A stretch of DNA of 64,000 nt from Lingula anatina (GCA_051362555.1 CM120647.1:1674001-1738000), one strand, 5' to 3'. Counted from the stretch's first letter, positions 25,101 through 36,616 are shown. Notes: a model not told the origin generated them from the sequence alone. Program-made: numbers and translations.

Positions 25101-28100
25101 AAAAATACGGTATACTTTAACAAGTTTTCATGAAGTGATCGATTGAAAACGAACATATTGCTTTTCTTTAGAACAAAGTCTGCGTTGTCAATATAATATT
25201 TCCTTTCTTTTCACTTAAATGTTCTTATATTGGTGCCACAGATCCTGAATTTCAATGGAGCCATAGCTAACTCCGTATGTTCTGCATTTCTTCAAAATGT
25301 CCTATCATCTCGTTGGGATTATCACAGAGAAAATTTTTATTGTTTTCAAAAGTCGCGTCGATTTTATTGCTTTTAACGGGCATTCATTTCGTCTTTTTAA
25401 ACCCCACTATGCTGTCTTGGGCCCTTAATTGCTTCTTAAGCATACAGTACCCGGGGCAAGTCCGCAGTCGACATTTGAAAGAGTAAAGACTACTCAATAC
25501 TAAAACCGCCGAGGTGTGAACAGCTGCGCATCTCATCGTGCTCTGTAACGCCAAAGGTGAAACCAAGCGTTATCTCAGTGCAAAACAAAATGAAAATAAA
25601 AGCATCGGAAGTCATTTTACTTGGAACTTTCCGAGCTGCCCCATCAATGAAGGCGACACGACCGAACTTGAATTCATATCGTAGCTTTTCCGGTATAACA
25701 GCACGTCATACCACCTGTTAACCATGTTCAGCAGAAAAACTATATCTTCTAGGTGGAATTATTTGCCAATTTTGCTTTACTCAAATATTTCCATTGCCGC
25801 AATTGCTTAAATGGAAATCGCACCAGTAATTACACATTTAAATATATATTTTTTTCAATTCCTCCTTCTTAGGGTCTCCCTTAAACTAAAACAAGCCAGT
25901 TGTAAACCGTCTTTGATCCCATTGTACTCTTTAATATCATAAGTAAAGCCAAATTTATTGTAAGTATAAATCAAACTCCGAGCTCCGTGTCGGGTTCTCA
26001 AACACGGCTTCCTGTACATCATGGAATTTACCGTTGATGATACGAGCACTGGGATTGCGTGGGATGAAATACGGCACCCGGATTATCGATTGGGACAGCA
26101 GATATGTACATGTAGGTCCAATCTCTCCGTGACAAAGTTGAAAGTATCCATCTGAACTTCGAGTGTCAACGAAGCTGCCGTGGCTTCGTGGTAACGTTGC
26201 CGTTTGGAATACCGGCAGACACTCTTAGCTAGGCTGGTTCGAGTCCCAGCAGATTGCGATCTCCTTTTCTTGCCAGAATTAATTTTTGAAAATTTCCATT
26301 GATTACTATAAGAGGAAACTCGTACGTATGGAGGGCGGGCGGGTCAGTTACGGCGCAGTCGGTAGCGTGCATGGATGCAAATGAGCAATCCAAAGTGTCA
26401 TCAACCATGGTAACGCAAAGTCACGAGTTCGAATCCCGGATGAGGCACGTCACTCAATCACGACAACGACTGGGCCCCTGAATCGGGATGTCACGAGAAC
26501 GACTGTGGGCTCTCGTGGGTCTTTGCAAATTACATTTTGCATAAAAATATTTTAACAAGTTTTCATGAAGTGATCGATTTAAAACGAACATATTGCTGGT
26601 CCTTAGAATAAAGTCTGCGTCGTCATTATAATATTTCCTTTCTTTTCACGTAAATGTCCTTATATTGGTGACACAGATGTCGAAGTTGAATGCAGCCATA
26701 GCTAACTCCGTATGTACTGCATTTCTTCAAAATGTCCTATCATCTCGTTGGGAATATCACAGAGAAAATTTTTATTGTTTTCAAAAGTCGCGTCGATTTT
26801 ATTGCTTTTAACGGGCATTCATTTCGTCTTTTTAAGCCCCACTATGCTGTCTTGGGCCCTTAATTGCTTGTAAAGACCGTTCATATGTTCATACAGTACC
26901 CGGGGCAAGTCCGCAGTCGACATTTGAAAGAGTAAAGACTACTGAATACTAAAACCGCCGAGGTGTGAACAGCTGCGCACCTCATCGTGCTCTATAACGC
27001 CAAAGGTGAAACCAAGCGTTATCTCAGTGCAAAAGAAAATGAAAATAAAAGCACCGGAAGTCATCTTACTCGCATCTCTCCGAGCTGGCCCATCAATGAA
27101 AGCGACACGACCGAACTTGAATTGATTCGGTAGCTTTTCCGGTATAATAGCATGCCACCTGTTAACCGTGTTCAGCAGAAAAACTATATCTTCTAGGCGG
27201 AGTTATTTGCCAATTTTGCTTTACTTAAATATTTCCATTGCTGCAATTGCTTAAATGGAAAACGCACAAGTAATTACACATTTAAATGTTTTTTTTAAAT
27301 TCCCCCTTCTTAGGGTCTCCCTTAAACTAAAACAAGCCAGTTGTAAACCGTCTTTGATCCCATTGTACTCTTTAATATCATAAGTAAAGCCAAATTTATT
27401 GTAAGTATAAATCAAACTTCGAGCTCCGTGTCGGGTTCTCAGACACAGCTTCCTGTACATCATGGAATTTACCGTTGATGATAAAGCGTGGTCGAGCACT
27501 GGGGTTGCGTGGGATGAAATACGGCACCCGGATTATCGATTGGGACAGCAGATATATACATGTAGGTCCAATCTCTCCGTGACAAGGTTGAAAGTATCCA
27601 TCTGTTCATTGAATGTCAACGAAGCTGCCGTGGCTCCGTTGTAACGTTGTTAATTTTAACCTCAAAATGATGTAAAAGAAAGGATAAAAGGAAAACGAGA
27701 CTGAAGTGCATCTTCAGTTTTATTGAAATGAACACAATATAAAAAGACCACAGATGATTCATTGGATCGACTGTTCAATTGTTATAGTGGTAAGATGATT
27801 ACAATGAGGATTGGACTCCATGTCTTACTTTTTAAAATGGGGGGGGGGGGGGGCATAAATGTTATCTACAAACATTGAAAGATTAAACCTAGCTTTCTGT
27901 TATGTTGTGAATTACTGTTAATTCGTATTTGAGTATATAATTTGCTTATATGTATTAAATGACTTCAAACTATGTATCATTTTCAGACTCTACATGTTAA
28001 CAATGATGTATATGCATCATGTACCGGTATATGCCAGCATAAGATGACAACAGTATTTATATTACATTGTACCCCGTGAAATGTTATAACGGTACTGTAG

Positions 28101-28274
28101 CTTCTCAGCCGGCTTGCAATTGACAACTGTGGCAATTACTCGTTCTATTCAATGGGGGCGGAAATAGTAAATTTTACGAATAGTGTAGCGGTATTTCTAA
28201 GTAATAATTCCTTAAAATTAGAACATTCCTATTGAGTGGTAGAAAAAAAATAAAAGGCGGGTTACTACAGTGTA

Positions 28275-28750
28275 CAACATTGGTCAAAAAGGTGGTCCCA
28301 CCCCCAGTTTCATGTGTTTTCATTAGTGGTTCAGAAAATGCAAACTAGGGGGTGAAAATATCCATATTTCATACCATTTATTCACATTTATTACATGTAG
28401 CCCCTCAAATCCGATGTTCCACTGTGATTTTCATAGAGGTAAAGAATTGCCCATTGAATTGAAAAGACACAACCAAATGTCACCAAATTTACACACATTT
28501 AAGCATTAGGGTGAATTCGTTAAAGGCTCCTTGTCTAATAGCGTATGTGTCTACCGCGTACTGTAATTATTTCCTGTAAGCGGCGCGGCCTGCCTTCAAC
28601 AAGGATAACAATTCTGTTTCGTAGGATATTGTGTCCCATTCATCATGTTAGTTAAAATCACCATTCATGGCAATTAACTCCTGTAGTATGATCATTTATA
28701 TATAAAAGCACATGCAACTGTGGGTGGGACAACCTTTTTGACCAATGTTG
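28275..28750. mobile_element. Tc1/mariner-type MITE (476 bp), only in duplication unit 1
   Basis: TIR CAACATTGGTCAAAAAGGTGGTCCCACCC / GGGTGGGACAACCTTTTTGACCAATGTTG, with TA on both sides. The empty site ctacagtgTAtataatt is seen in unit 2 (~36175-36190). Confidence 0.9.
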
Positions 28751-28940
28751 TAAATAATTATATTCTATTTAGTGAAAGCTATACAGAAATATAATCTTCG
28801 TGATTATAAAATTGAAAAAAAAAAATTGGATAATTTTGCCAATTGAAAACAGAGTAATGTCCATGTTGCTAAAATTTCTCCAACCTGCCATGTTACTATA
28901 AAGGAACTATAAAGATCAGTATTGCATGTGAACAGTTTAT

Positions 28941-29731
28941 TCATTGTAAGTACTGAAAGGTCTTAACATGGTCATACCGCTCTGCTACCACCAGCTGGCC
29001 AGCAGGGTTGATGGCTAATGCTACGGGACGCTTCAACCCATCATTTTTAGTAGCAATGTATCTGATGAACTGTCCCTGTGGGCTCAGTGCCACTATCCTG
29101 TGGTTCCAATAGTCAGCAATAAAGATGTGACCAAAGCTGTCTGTGCACACTCCCCCTGGTCCACACAGCTGACCATCACCACTGCCTCGTGTGCCATACT
29201 GGTGCAGCTGATCACCAGTAGGTGACAGCACATGTACACAGTCACTGCCATAGTCTGATATCACAATATTACCGTTCACACTATTCACTGTGATGTACTC
29301 TGGGTTTTCACAATGTTGAGTGGAATAGTGTTCAGGAGCTGTCCGCTGTCTGAATGGAATATAAAGACGGATTTTTTTCTGTCACAAACCATTATACAGG
29401 GGTATGATCTTGTCTGTTCATTGTAATACCCCATGGACAGTCCAGTTGTCACCTACTGACCTCTGGTGGAGTACACCTTGACACATTTGTCTCCCCGTGA
29501 CGTTATATGCAGGTGACCAGTCTGTGACACGGCCACATCAAAAGGATGATTAAGTATTAGACCATATTTGAATTCTCCTGCATGTGTGAATACCTTTGTT
29601 CGGTTTTCTTCATCCACAGTAAACACGTGTTGCTCAGCTACTGCCAGGCCAGTTATAAACATGTCAGTTTTATCATTTTCTATCTCAGTAGTAAAGGAAT
29701 GCACACATTCCGCCTTTTCTAAGAAACAGGG
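28941..29731 (-). pseudogene. Disrupted NHL beta-propeller of TRIM copy 1
   Basis: In frame after the TAA at 29732: PCFLEKAECVHSF..ITGLAV..HPFDVAVSQTGHLHIT, then TAG at 29453 and a frameshift, then YGTRGSGDGQLCGPGGVCTDSFGHIFIADYWNHRI..LKRPVALAINPAGQLVVAE (NHL repeats). Confidence 0.88.
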
Positions 29732-30856
29732 TTATGTGGTGCTGGTCTTGGATTTGCCCCCCAGTCTAGGTGGTGTAGGAGGTGGTGATTGCTCTGTCAC
29801 CTGCCCTAACTTTGGTTCCAACCCAGGAGGATGTGGTGCTGGTCTTTGTTTACGTACATTTGAACCCAGTAGATGAGGTTTAGGTGGGAGTCTAGGAGGT
29901 GGTGACTGTACTATCACCTCTCCTAACATGGCTTCCAACCCAACAGTAGATATCTTACCAGGGCTGTAGGATATCTGTGCTGGTGTGTCTGGAGTTGGTA
30001 CTGGCATTTTCTCCATCGCTGTCAGTCTCTCTGTCAGAGCCTTAGTGTGAAGCATGATGTCAGAATCAGAGCCATTTGTTATAAGTTCCTGGGCAAATCT
30101 GCAGGCACTCTGTAAGGAGGCATGGTGAAGTTCGAAGGTGTCCTTGTTTGCCTCTGTTTGCTTCTTACTGATATTACGAGCATATTTTACTTCAGATATC
30201 AGTTTTTGCTCTCTCTCTTCAACCAGTCTATGGATAGATTGAGTCTGTTCTTTAATTTTATTGATAGTGGCTTCCGTATTGATTTCCTCCAATTCATTGG
30301 TTCTGTCCTTGGCAACTGCTTCTTTAAACATGTCTAGTTTTGTTTCAGTTTTCATAAGGGCAGCTTTAATCTTTTCTCGATTGCTATTTGCAACATCTTC
30401 AATGGGCACAATACCATGTCTGTAATGCTCTTTTGGTATACAGTCACCACAAACAACGGCATCATCGTCTTCACAGTAGTATTTCAATTCATTTGTAGGA
30501 TGCTTCTCACATTTGCTCATCATTTCTGCAATAGCTTTCGCCACACTATGCACATCAGTGTCTTTGATTGGGGATGAGGCATCATGTTGCTGTTGCTGAC
30601 TGAGAAGATCTTTTGCCTTATGAATAAGATGATTCTTTTTAAGTGCAAATCCTTTTCTTGGAAATTGTATCTCTTCCCTACAAAGGGGACACAAAAATGT
30701 CCTGTCCCGAGATACAGTTCGCGTAGCATGGTTACATATACAACCATAGCAAAATGTATGGTAGCAAGGCAGCACACGGGGGTCCTCATACTCTCCCAGA
30801 CAGATGCTACATGTCAAAAGATTATCTGTGAAAGCTGCTGCCAGCGCCTCGGCCAT
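29732..30856 (-). CDS. TRIM protein copy 1 (RING, B-box, coiled coil, short Pro-rich tail; 374 aa), TRIM2/3-like, NHL truncated
   Basis: [39 protein letters not shown]...CPLCR (C3HC4 RING); [32 protein letters not shown] (B-box 2); coiled coil; stop just before the NHL region. Single coding exon. Confidence 0.85.
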   Translation of the reverse strand: MAEALAAAFTDNLLTCSICLGEYEDPRVLPCYHTFCYGCICNHATRTVSRDRTFLCPLCREEIQFPRKGFALKKNHLIHKAKDLLSQQQQHDASSPIKDTDVHSVAKAIAEMMSKCEKHPTNELKYYCEDDDAVVCGDCIPKEHYRHGIVPIEDVANSNREKIKAALMKTETKLDMFKEAVAKDRTNELEEINTEATINKIKEQTQSIHRLVEEREQKLISEVKYARNISKKQTEANKDTFELHHASLQSACRFAQELITNGSDSDIMLHTKALTERLTAMEKMPVPTPDTPAQISYSPGKISTVGLEAMLGEVIVQSPPPRLPPKPHLLGSNVRKQRPAPHPPGLEPKLGQVTEQSPPPTPPRLGGKSKTSTT

Positions 30857-30925
30857 ATTGAACTTTTTAGTGACGTCATATTTACTCCGTAACACTTGTT
30901 CCGTGGCCCTTGGCAGAGGTTCACT

Positions 30926-30996
30926 GATCACCTTTATATATAAGGTAAGGTACATATCACTGAGCATAAAAGGAAAACTAAACAAAACGAAATAGA
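30926..30996 (-). promoter_or_regulatory. Putative TRIM core promoter: TATA box plus IRF/ISRE-like GAAA/AAAACGAAA repeats (conserved in copies 1-4)
   Basis: On -, TATATAAAG lies ~80 bp upstream of the ATG and a TGACGTCA palindrome ~15-20 bp upstream of the ATG. On +, ggaaaactaaacaaaacgaaatag at 30972-30995. Motif match only. Confidence 0.35.
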
Positions 30997-32153
30997 ACGC
31001 ACTGATAAAACACACAAAAAAACTCTAACATAAAACACGTAGTCAACTTACAAACTAAATTTAACCCTTATATATTTTATATAATAGGCCCGCGCTAGAG
31101 GGAACGTGACATTTGGTCTCTTCTGTCAACACAAGTACCTGTATGATACTGCGAAATCTTACTACAATAAACAGTACTGCGCATAGATATAAGAGAGATC
31201 GGTGATATAAATCTAAAGTATACAAATGATCTTTGCATCATATTAGGGTAGGATAAATAATAGCTTTTGTTTGGGAGTCTCTCAAGATACAGGTGATTTT
31301 AGAGGCAAAATGAGTTTAAAAGTTCATTTCTGATGAGAAATTTGAGCTAGGAGCCTTCTTTAGGTCGCTAATTTCACTATTTTTGGAAACGCATACAAAG
31401 CATGTGTACTACATGTCTACATAAACACTTAATGCTGTAAATTTGTGCATGTACTATATACCTGTATTGAATAGGGTTGGATGAAGAACAAATCTTTGAT
31501 AAGTAAGTGTTTTCTACAGCAGGAAATTATGCTAAACACACATGTGCAACTATTTTTTTCACAACAAAAATGACGATTTTCAAAAATGGCAGACAATACG
31601 CCCTAACAAAAGTTTCAACATCGACAACTAAAGGACATAGTTTGTAATATACATTTTCTTATGTTTTTAGGGTTGTAAAATATATTTTGCTCATGTTAAC
31701 ACTGCCATTGTTACATTTTAAATGGAGTTTTGTTACCTTGATGGTTGTCAGTTTACTGTCAACCTTGACGGAAGAGTCAGATCTCGGTTAATCAGAACGA
31801 GGAGTGATAAGAGATCGCAAGTTTTGCTGCATGTGAATTATGAAGAAGAATCAGAATTATCTTAACCTCAAGCAACCAAAGAGTGTATGTCTTTAAATTA
31901 TTAAAAAAGGCGGATGGAATATTTTTTTCTGCATGTAAGAACCTGGGGAAGCAATCACTATCATGAACTGAAGACCAGCAAAGAAGTTGCCAAGGAAATA
32001 TGCAACGTCTTTGAGAACATTTACAACAGAATAACTGCATATTAGGGCTACCTATAAAAATATTGTGCAGGCGTATCGGACTTCAGTGCGCAACCAACTG
32101 GACTTCCAGACGGACGCATAACATTTCTTCCTACGCGGTTTTTTCATTTTTTG

Positions 32154-33194
32154 ATGGAAACCTTCAATATTTTTTCTCAAGAAGAAGACGCCCTACTGCG
32201 GCCAGGGGTGGGTATTACCCCTTCTGAATCGAGAAACATTTTCTCAGCGATTGATGTCTTTAAGGGCACTATGGAGGCTGTTCCCTCCAATATACAGAAA
32301 ATGGGCGAGGCTTGGGCGACAATGGCAGCCGAAAAGAAACCCGCCAAACGCTCTGCGACGGTCTTTGAAGAAGGAGAGGAAGAAGACGACTCCTCCTGCT
32401 CCGATATTGACATTCCTATGGACCATCAGGACGAGGACGACGTTGCGAGCCTCCTCAATGCCGCGGGAAAAAGTGACAGTACTGCTGTCTTAGAAGATGT
32501 AAGCGCATCATTTGAAGATGAGGAGGATACTGGGCCGAATATAAGCGCTAAATTGGCTGACATTGCCAATAAAGCTTTTACTAAGCCACTGGCGACAGAA
32601 AAAGTAAAAAAGAAGAAGGAGTTGTATTTGAGGCCACAGAACTGTGACAAAGTCACAGTGCCTCGGGTTAACAAAGACATTTGGCGCAGAATGCGCAAAC
32701 AGAACTATCTCAAGAAAAGAGATCTGAGATTTTCTTCCATCCAAAGTGCTATCACTAAAAGCACCTTTGCAATGTTATCCGTTGCGGAAAACTTGCTAAG
32801 TAAACCCGCCGAGCCTTCGACAGAACAATCCATACGCGCATGTTTAGATGCCGTATTTCTGCTCGGGCATGCGAACACGTCAGTGTCGCTACAAAGGCGG
32901 GAATTACTACGGCCCGTGCTTAAAAGCGATCACGCCGGGATATGCGATGCCAACATACCCGTAACCTCTTTACTATTTGGTGACGACCTGCCAAAATCCG
33001 TCAAAGATATACGGGAAATGGACAAGGTGGGCCGGGACGCGGTCCAACCGTACCAGCCAAAAAACTGGAAGAGGCCGGGGTACAACCCCCGGCACGGACA
33101 GGGCTACAATTCCCGAGAGGGACACCCCCAGGACTGGTTCAACAAACCAGGGCCGAGTGGCGTGAGAAGGGGAAAGAAGTTCAAGAAAGAGTAG
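32154..33194 (+). CDS. DIRS gag-like ORF1 (346 aa), open in copy A
   Basis: RPQNC..VTVPRVNKDIW, D.RFSSIQ, LLGHANTSVSLQRRELLRP and LLFGDDL motifs typical of DIRS ORF1; lies directly upstream of RT. Confidence 0.8.
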   Translation: METFNIFSQEEDALLRPGVGITPSESRNIFSAIDVFKGTMEAVPSNIQKMGEAWATMAAEKKPAKRSATVFEEGEEEDDSSCSDIDIPMDHQDEDDVASLLNAAGKSDSTAVLEDVSASFEDEEDTGPNISAKLADIANKAFTKPLATEKVKKKKELYLRPQNCDKVTVPRVNKDIWRRMRKQNYLKKRDLRFSSIQSAITKSTFAMLSVAENLLSKPAEPSTEQSIRACLDAVFLLGHANTSVSLQRRELLRPVLKSDHAGICDANIPVTSLLFGDDLPKSVKDIREMDKVGRDAVQPYQPKNWKRPGYNPRHGQGYNSREGHPQDWFNKPGPSGVRRGKKFKKE

Positions 33195-33202
33195 AACCCA
33201 CT

Positions 33203-35320
33203 ATGAAGGTGAGGACTCTAGAAACATTTAAAAGTGAATTTTCACTGTTTATTTTAGATGCCGTTAAAAAGGCTAACTATGATATTCTTACTTTTGAAGG
33301 AGGCAGATTACGGTATTTTATAGACGAATGGAGATCTATAACCTCCGACAAAGAAATATTAAGAATAATTAAAGGCATGGAACTAGATTTCCGTTTAATG
33401 CCAGTGCAGGCAAGGCCAATAAGGGAGGCAAAATTCAATGCCTCTGAAACCGTAGAAATAGAAAAGGAAATACAGAGATTATTACAAAAGAAAATTATAG
33501 TTGAATCTCCAATGGAAATTGGTCAATTTATTTCACCAATTTTTTTGAGAATGAAAAAGAGCGGGAAATACCGACTCATTTGTAATCTAAAAGAGTTAAA
33601 TGAGTGCATTGATAATCATCATTTTAAAATGGATTCATTGCAAACAGCAATTAAGATGATGGCGCCTAACTGCTGGCAATCAAGTATTGATCTCTCTGAT
33701 GCATATTATTGCATATTTGTCTCTGAAAAATATCAAAAATACTTAAAATTCCAATGGAAATCAAAGTTATACCAGTACAGGGCGTGTCCAATGGGCCTCA
33801 ATATAAGCCCCAGGGTCTTCACCCGGGTTCTTAAGCCAATTTTCTCTTGCTCAAGGAAAAGCGGGTATCTCTTCGAAGTATATATAGATGACACATATTT
33901 ACAAGGAGAGAGCATTGAAGCTTGCAACAAAAACGTCAAAGCTACGATCGAAATGCTTACTCAATGTGGCTTTGTCATAAATCCGGAAAAATCGGTGTTT
34001 CAAGCTACACAATCTATAGAATTTTTAGGATTTTATTCTGAACTCTGTAGATATGACTGTGGCAATATCTGACTCCAAAAGTTGCAAGATAATTGATCTT
34101 TGTCATTCTTTCTTGAAGAAAACGTCTCCAACTAAAAGAGAATTGTGTACCATTATAGGAAATTTAATTGCGACCTTCCCCGCCGTTCCTAATGGGAAAC
34201 TTTTCTACAGACAATTGGAAAATGATAAAATAGCAGCTTTAAAAGATGCCAAAGGAAACTTTGATGCAAAAGTTAATATATCAGATATGGCTGTAAGTGA
34301 TTTAAGGTGGTGGATTAGTTGCTTAAAAGGCTCAAAAGCACCAGTCACAGTAAGAAACCCCGATCTGAATCTTGAAACAGATTCCAGTACAATGGGGTGG
34401 GGTTGTTACTGTCGAGAATTGAACATCAAAACAGGTGGTCAGTGGAAACCTTCAGAGTCTGATCATCATATAAACTTTCTCTAGCTTCAGGCAGCTCAGT
34501 TTTCACTTCAGGCACTCTGTAACGATAAGAAAAACATTCACATCAAACTATTGATGGATAACACCACTGCCGTTGCTTACATAAGAGAGCAGGGGGGCAG
34601 TAGATCTTTGGAATGTAATGCAATTGCAAGAAATATTTGGATGTGGGCTACCGAAAGATCCATTTGGCTAAGCGCATCACATATACCGGGTATAGTTAAT
34701 GTCAAAGCAGATTATGAAAGTAGACATTTCCACTGTGAGAAAGAGTGGATGTTGAATTGCTCTGTCTTTAACAAAGCCCTTGAATTACTACAATTTGTAC
34801 CAACCATTGATATGTTTGCCACTAGGCTTAATCATCAATTAGACAAATATGTCTCATGAAGACCTGAACCTCAATCTTTTGCTGTTGACACTTTTTCAAT
34901 CCCATGGGGAAATTTATCATTTAACTGTTTCCCACCTTTCAGTTTGATGCCGGCAGTACTACAAAAGATGACATTAGAGCAAGTAACAGGGATAGTTGTG
35001 TTTCCCAACTGGCCGACTCAGTCGTATTACACAACAGCGCTGAACATGTTAATTGCGCCACCAATTTATGTTCCCAAGCGGAAAGACCTTCTTCAACTAC
35101 CGGGAACGAAGGAAATTCACAAAATATGGGACACGTTAAATCTGCTCATATGCCTCTTATCAGGAGATCATTCGAGGAGCGAAAGATTCCGCAGAATGTT
35201 GCCGAGATACTGTTATCCTCTTGGAGGCCAAGCACATCTAAGCAATATGACTGTTATCTTAAACGATGGCACGAGTACTGTAATAGACGGAAAATTAATC
35301 CGTTTCATACTACCGGTATA
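33203..35320 (+). pseudogene. DIRS pol (RT - RNase H - adenine methyltransferase-like), disrupted
   Basis: GGRLRYF..W, SIDLSDAYY, PMGLNISPRVFT, YIDD, IEFLGF; RNase H TDSSTMGWG..HINFL*L; IDMFATRLNHQL..FPPFSL. Frameshift at ~34032, TAG at 34482-34484, TGA at 34857-34859. Confidence 0.9.
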
Positions 35321-36297
35321 TAGCGTCTTTATGCCCCGTTTGTTGCATTGTACCTCGATTTTAAGAACTTTTTTTGAAAAAGGAAAGATGCCAAAAATGC
35401 CACAACTATAACAATTTCAAATTCATTTTTAATCTATCCATTAATTAATTAATCATTAACTATCTTTTTCTAGTTGTGAGGTGAGCTTCTAAGAAGATTT
35501 CTCAAAAACTACACTCTGCTGGGATTCTTGCTAAGTGCAATTAGTAGAATCAGTTTAAGTGTCTGACATGTCTCCCCAATCCAGATACAATAACTCCCTA
35601 GCTGCCCAAGGAGGCGTATTAAAATAATTTAAATCGAAAATGATGTCAAAGACAGGAAAAAAGAGACTGAAGTGATCTATAGTTTTATTTAAATGAACAC
35701 AATATAAAAAGATAACAGCTAGTTGATTCATTGAATCGACTGTTCAATTGTTACAGTGCTAAGATGATTACAATGGTGATTGGACTTTATTTCTTTTTTC
35801 TTAGTTGGGGGGGGGGGGGGGAATAAATGTTATTCACGGATATTGAAAGATTAAACCTAGCTTTCTGTTATGCTGTGAATTACTGTTAATTCGTACTTGA
35901 GTATATAATTTGCTTATATTTATTAAAGAGACTTCAAATTATGTATCATTTTCAGACTCTACGCGTCAGCAATGAAGTACATGCAGTCATCATAAGATGC
36001 TATATTACATTGTACCCCGTGAAATGTCATAAGTTTGCAATCGAAAGCTCGATCTTTTCAATGGGGGCAGAAACTGTGAATTTCAAGAACAGTGTACCGA
36101 TATTTTTAACTAATAATTTCTTAAAATTAGAACATTCCTCTTGGATGGCAGGGAAAAAAATAAAAAGCAGGCTACTACAGTGTATATAATTATATTCTAT
36201 GCAGTAAAAGCTGAAATACAGAAATATAATCTTTGTGAATATAAAATTACGTATCTGCAAAATGGATAATTTTGCCCATTGAAAATATTGAGTCATA

Positions 36298-36520
36298 GGG
36301 TGCTTTCCCAGAGATTTAGATCGATCTAAAGATTAAGTTTTAGATCAACCTAACTCCCTGGGGGTTCAGGCTAAATTGCAGTCAGCCGAGTGGACAACAT
36401 AGTTAATTACCCCCTTACAGCTTTTAGTAGGCGGGACAGACGCTTAAGCCGGCCAAGCTGACAGTAATCTAGTGAGACTCCCCAGAGGGATAGATCGATC
36501 TAAAATCTATGGAAATGGGG
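36298..36520. mobile_element. Small MITE-like insert with imperfect TIRs in the TRIM 3' flank (also ~44183-44406, ~49595-49817, ~60047-60269; absent from unit 1)
   Basis: ttcccagagatttagatcgatcta ... tagatcgatctaaaatctatggaa inverted ends; unit 1 lacks this block at ~28850. Confidence 0.6.
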
Positions 36521-36616
36521 TGTTAAACATATGGATCAAATTTCTTCAACCTGCCATGTTACCGTACAGCTAATTATGAAGATTTGTATAACAATGTCTT
36601 TGCGTGAATAGCATAT

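Larger units (their letters stand above)
5285..27650. repeat. Macrosatellite of ~16 units (~1.2-1.45 kb; 1384-bp homogeneous core; 2677-bp higher-order dimer at right)
   Basis: Anchor aggtgaaaccaagcg recurs near 5285, 5935, 7699, 9083, 10467, 11851, 13235, 14619, 16003, 17387, 20192, 21656, 22878, 24333, 25555 and 27004. Identical small ORFs recur with period 1384 (7528, 8912, 10296, 11680, 13064, 14448) and 2677 (22600/25277, 23178/25855, 20941/23618). Confidence 0.97.
32070..35320 (+). mobile_element. DIRS-type (tyrosine recombinase) retrotransposon copy A, 3'-truncated and defective
   Basis: Order is gag, RT, RNase H, methyltransferase-like domain, then the overlapping start of the YR ORF (ILLSSWRPSTSKQYDCYLKRWHEYCNRRKINPF). 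The YR catalytic domain is absent. 5' boundary approximate. Confidence 0.9.

Noticed and set aside
30857-31015. Hydrophobic N-terminal extension of the TRIM ORFs (MCFISAFYFVLFSF...) suggesting a membrane anchor
   Set aside because: The track starts at non-ATG codons in T-rich promoter-like DNA. Copy 5 lacks the extension, and MAEALAAAF sits just before the RING as is usual for TRIMs. An upstream in-frame ATG (MLSDMY) exists but lies at or upstream of the putative TATA box.
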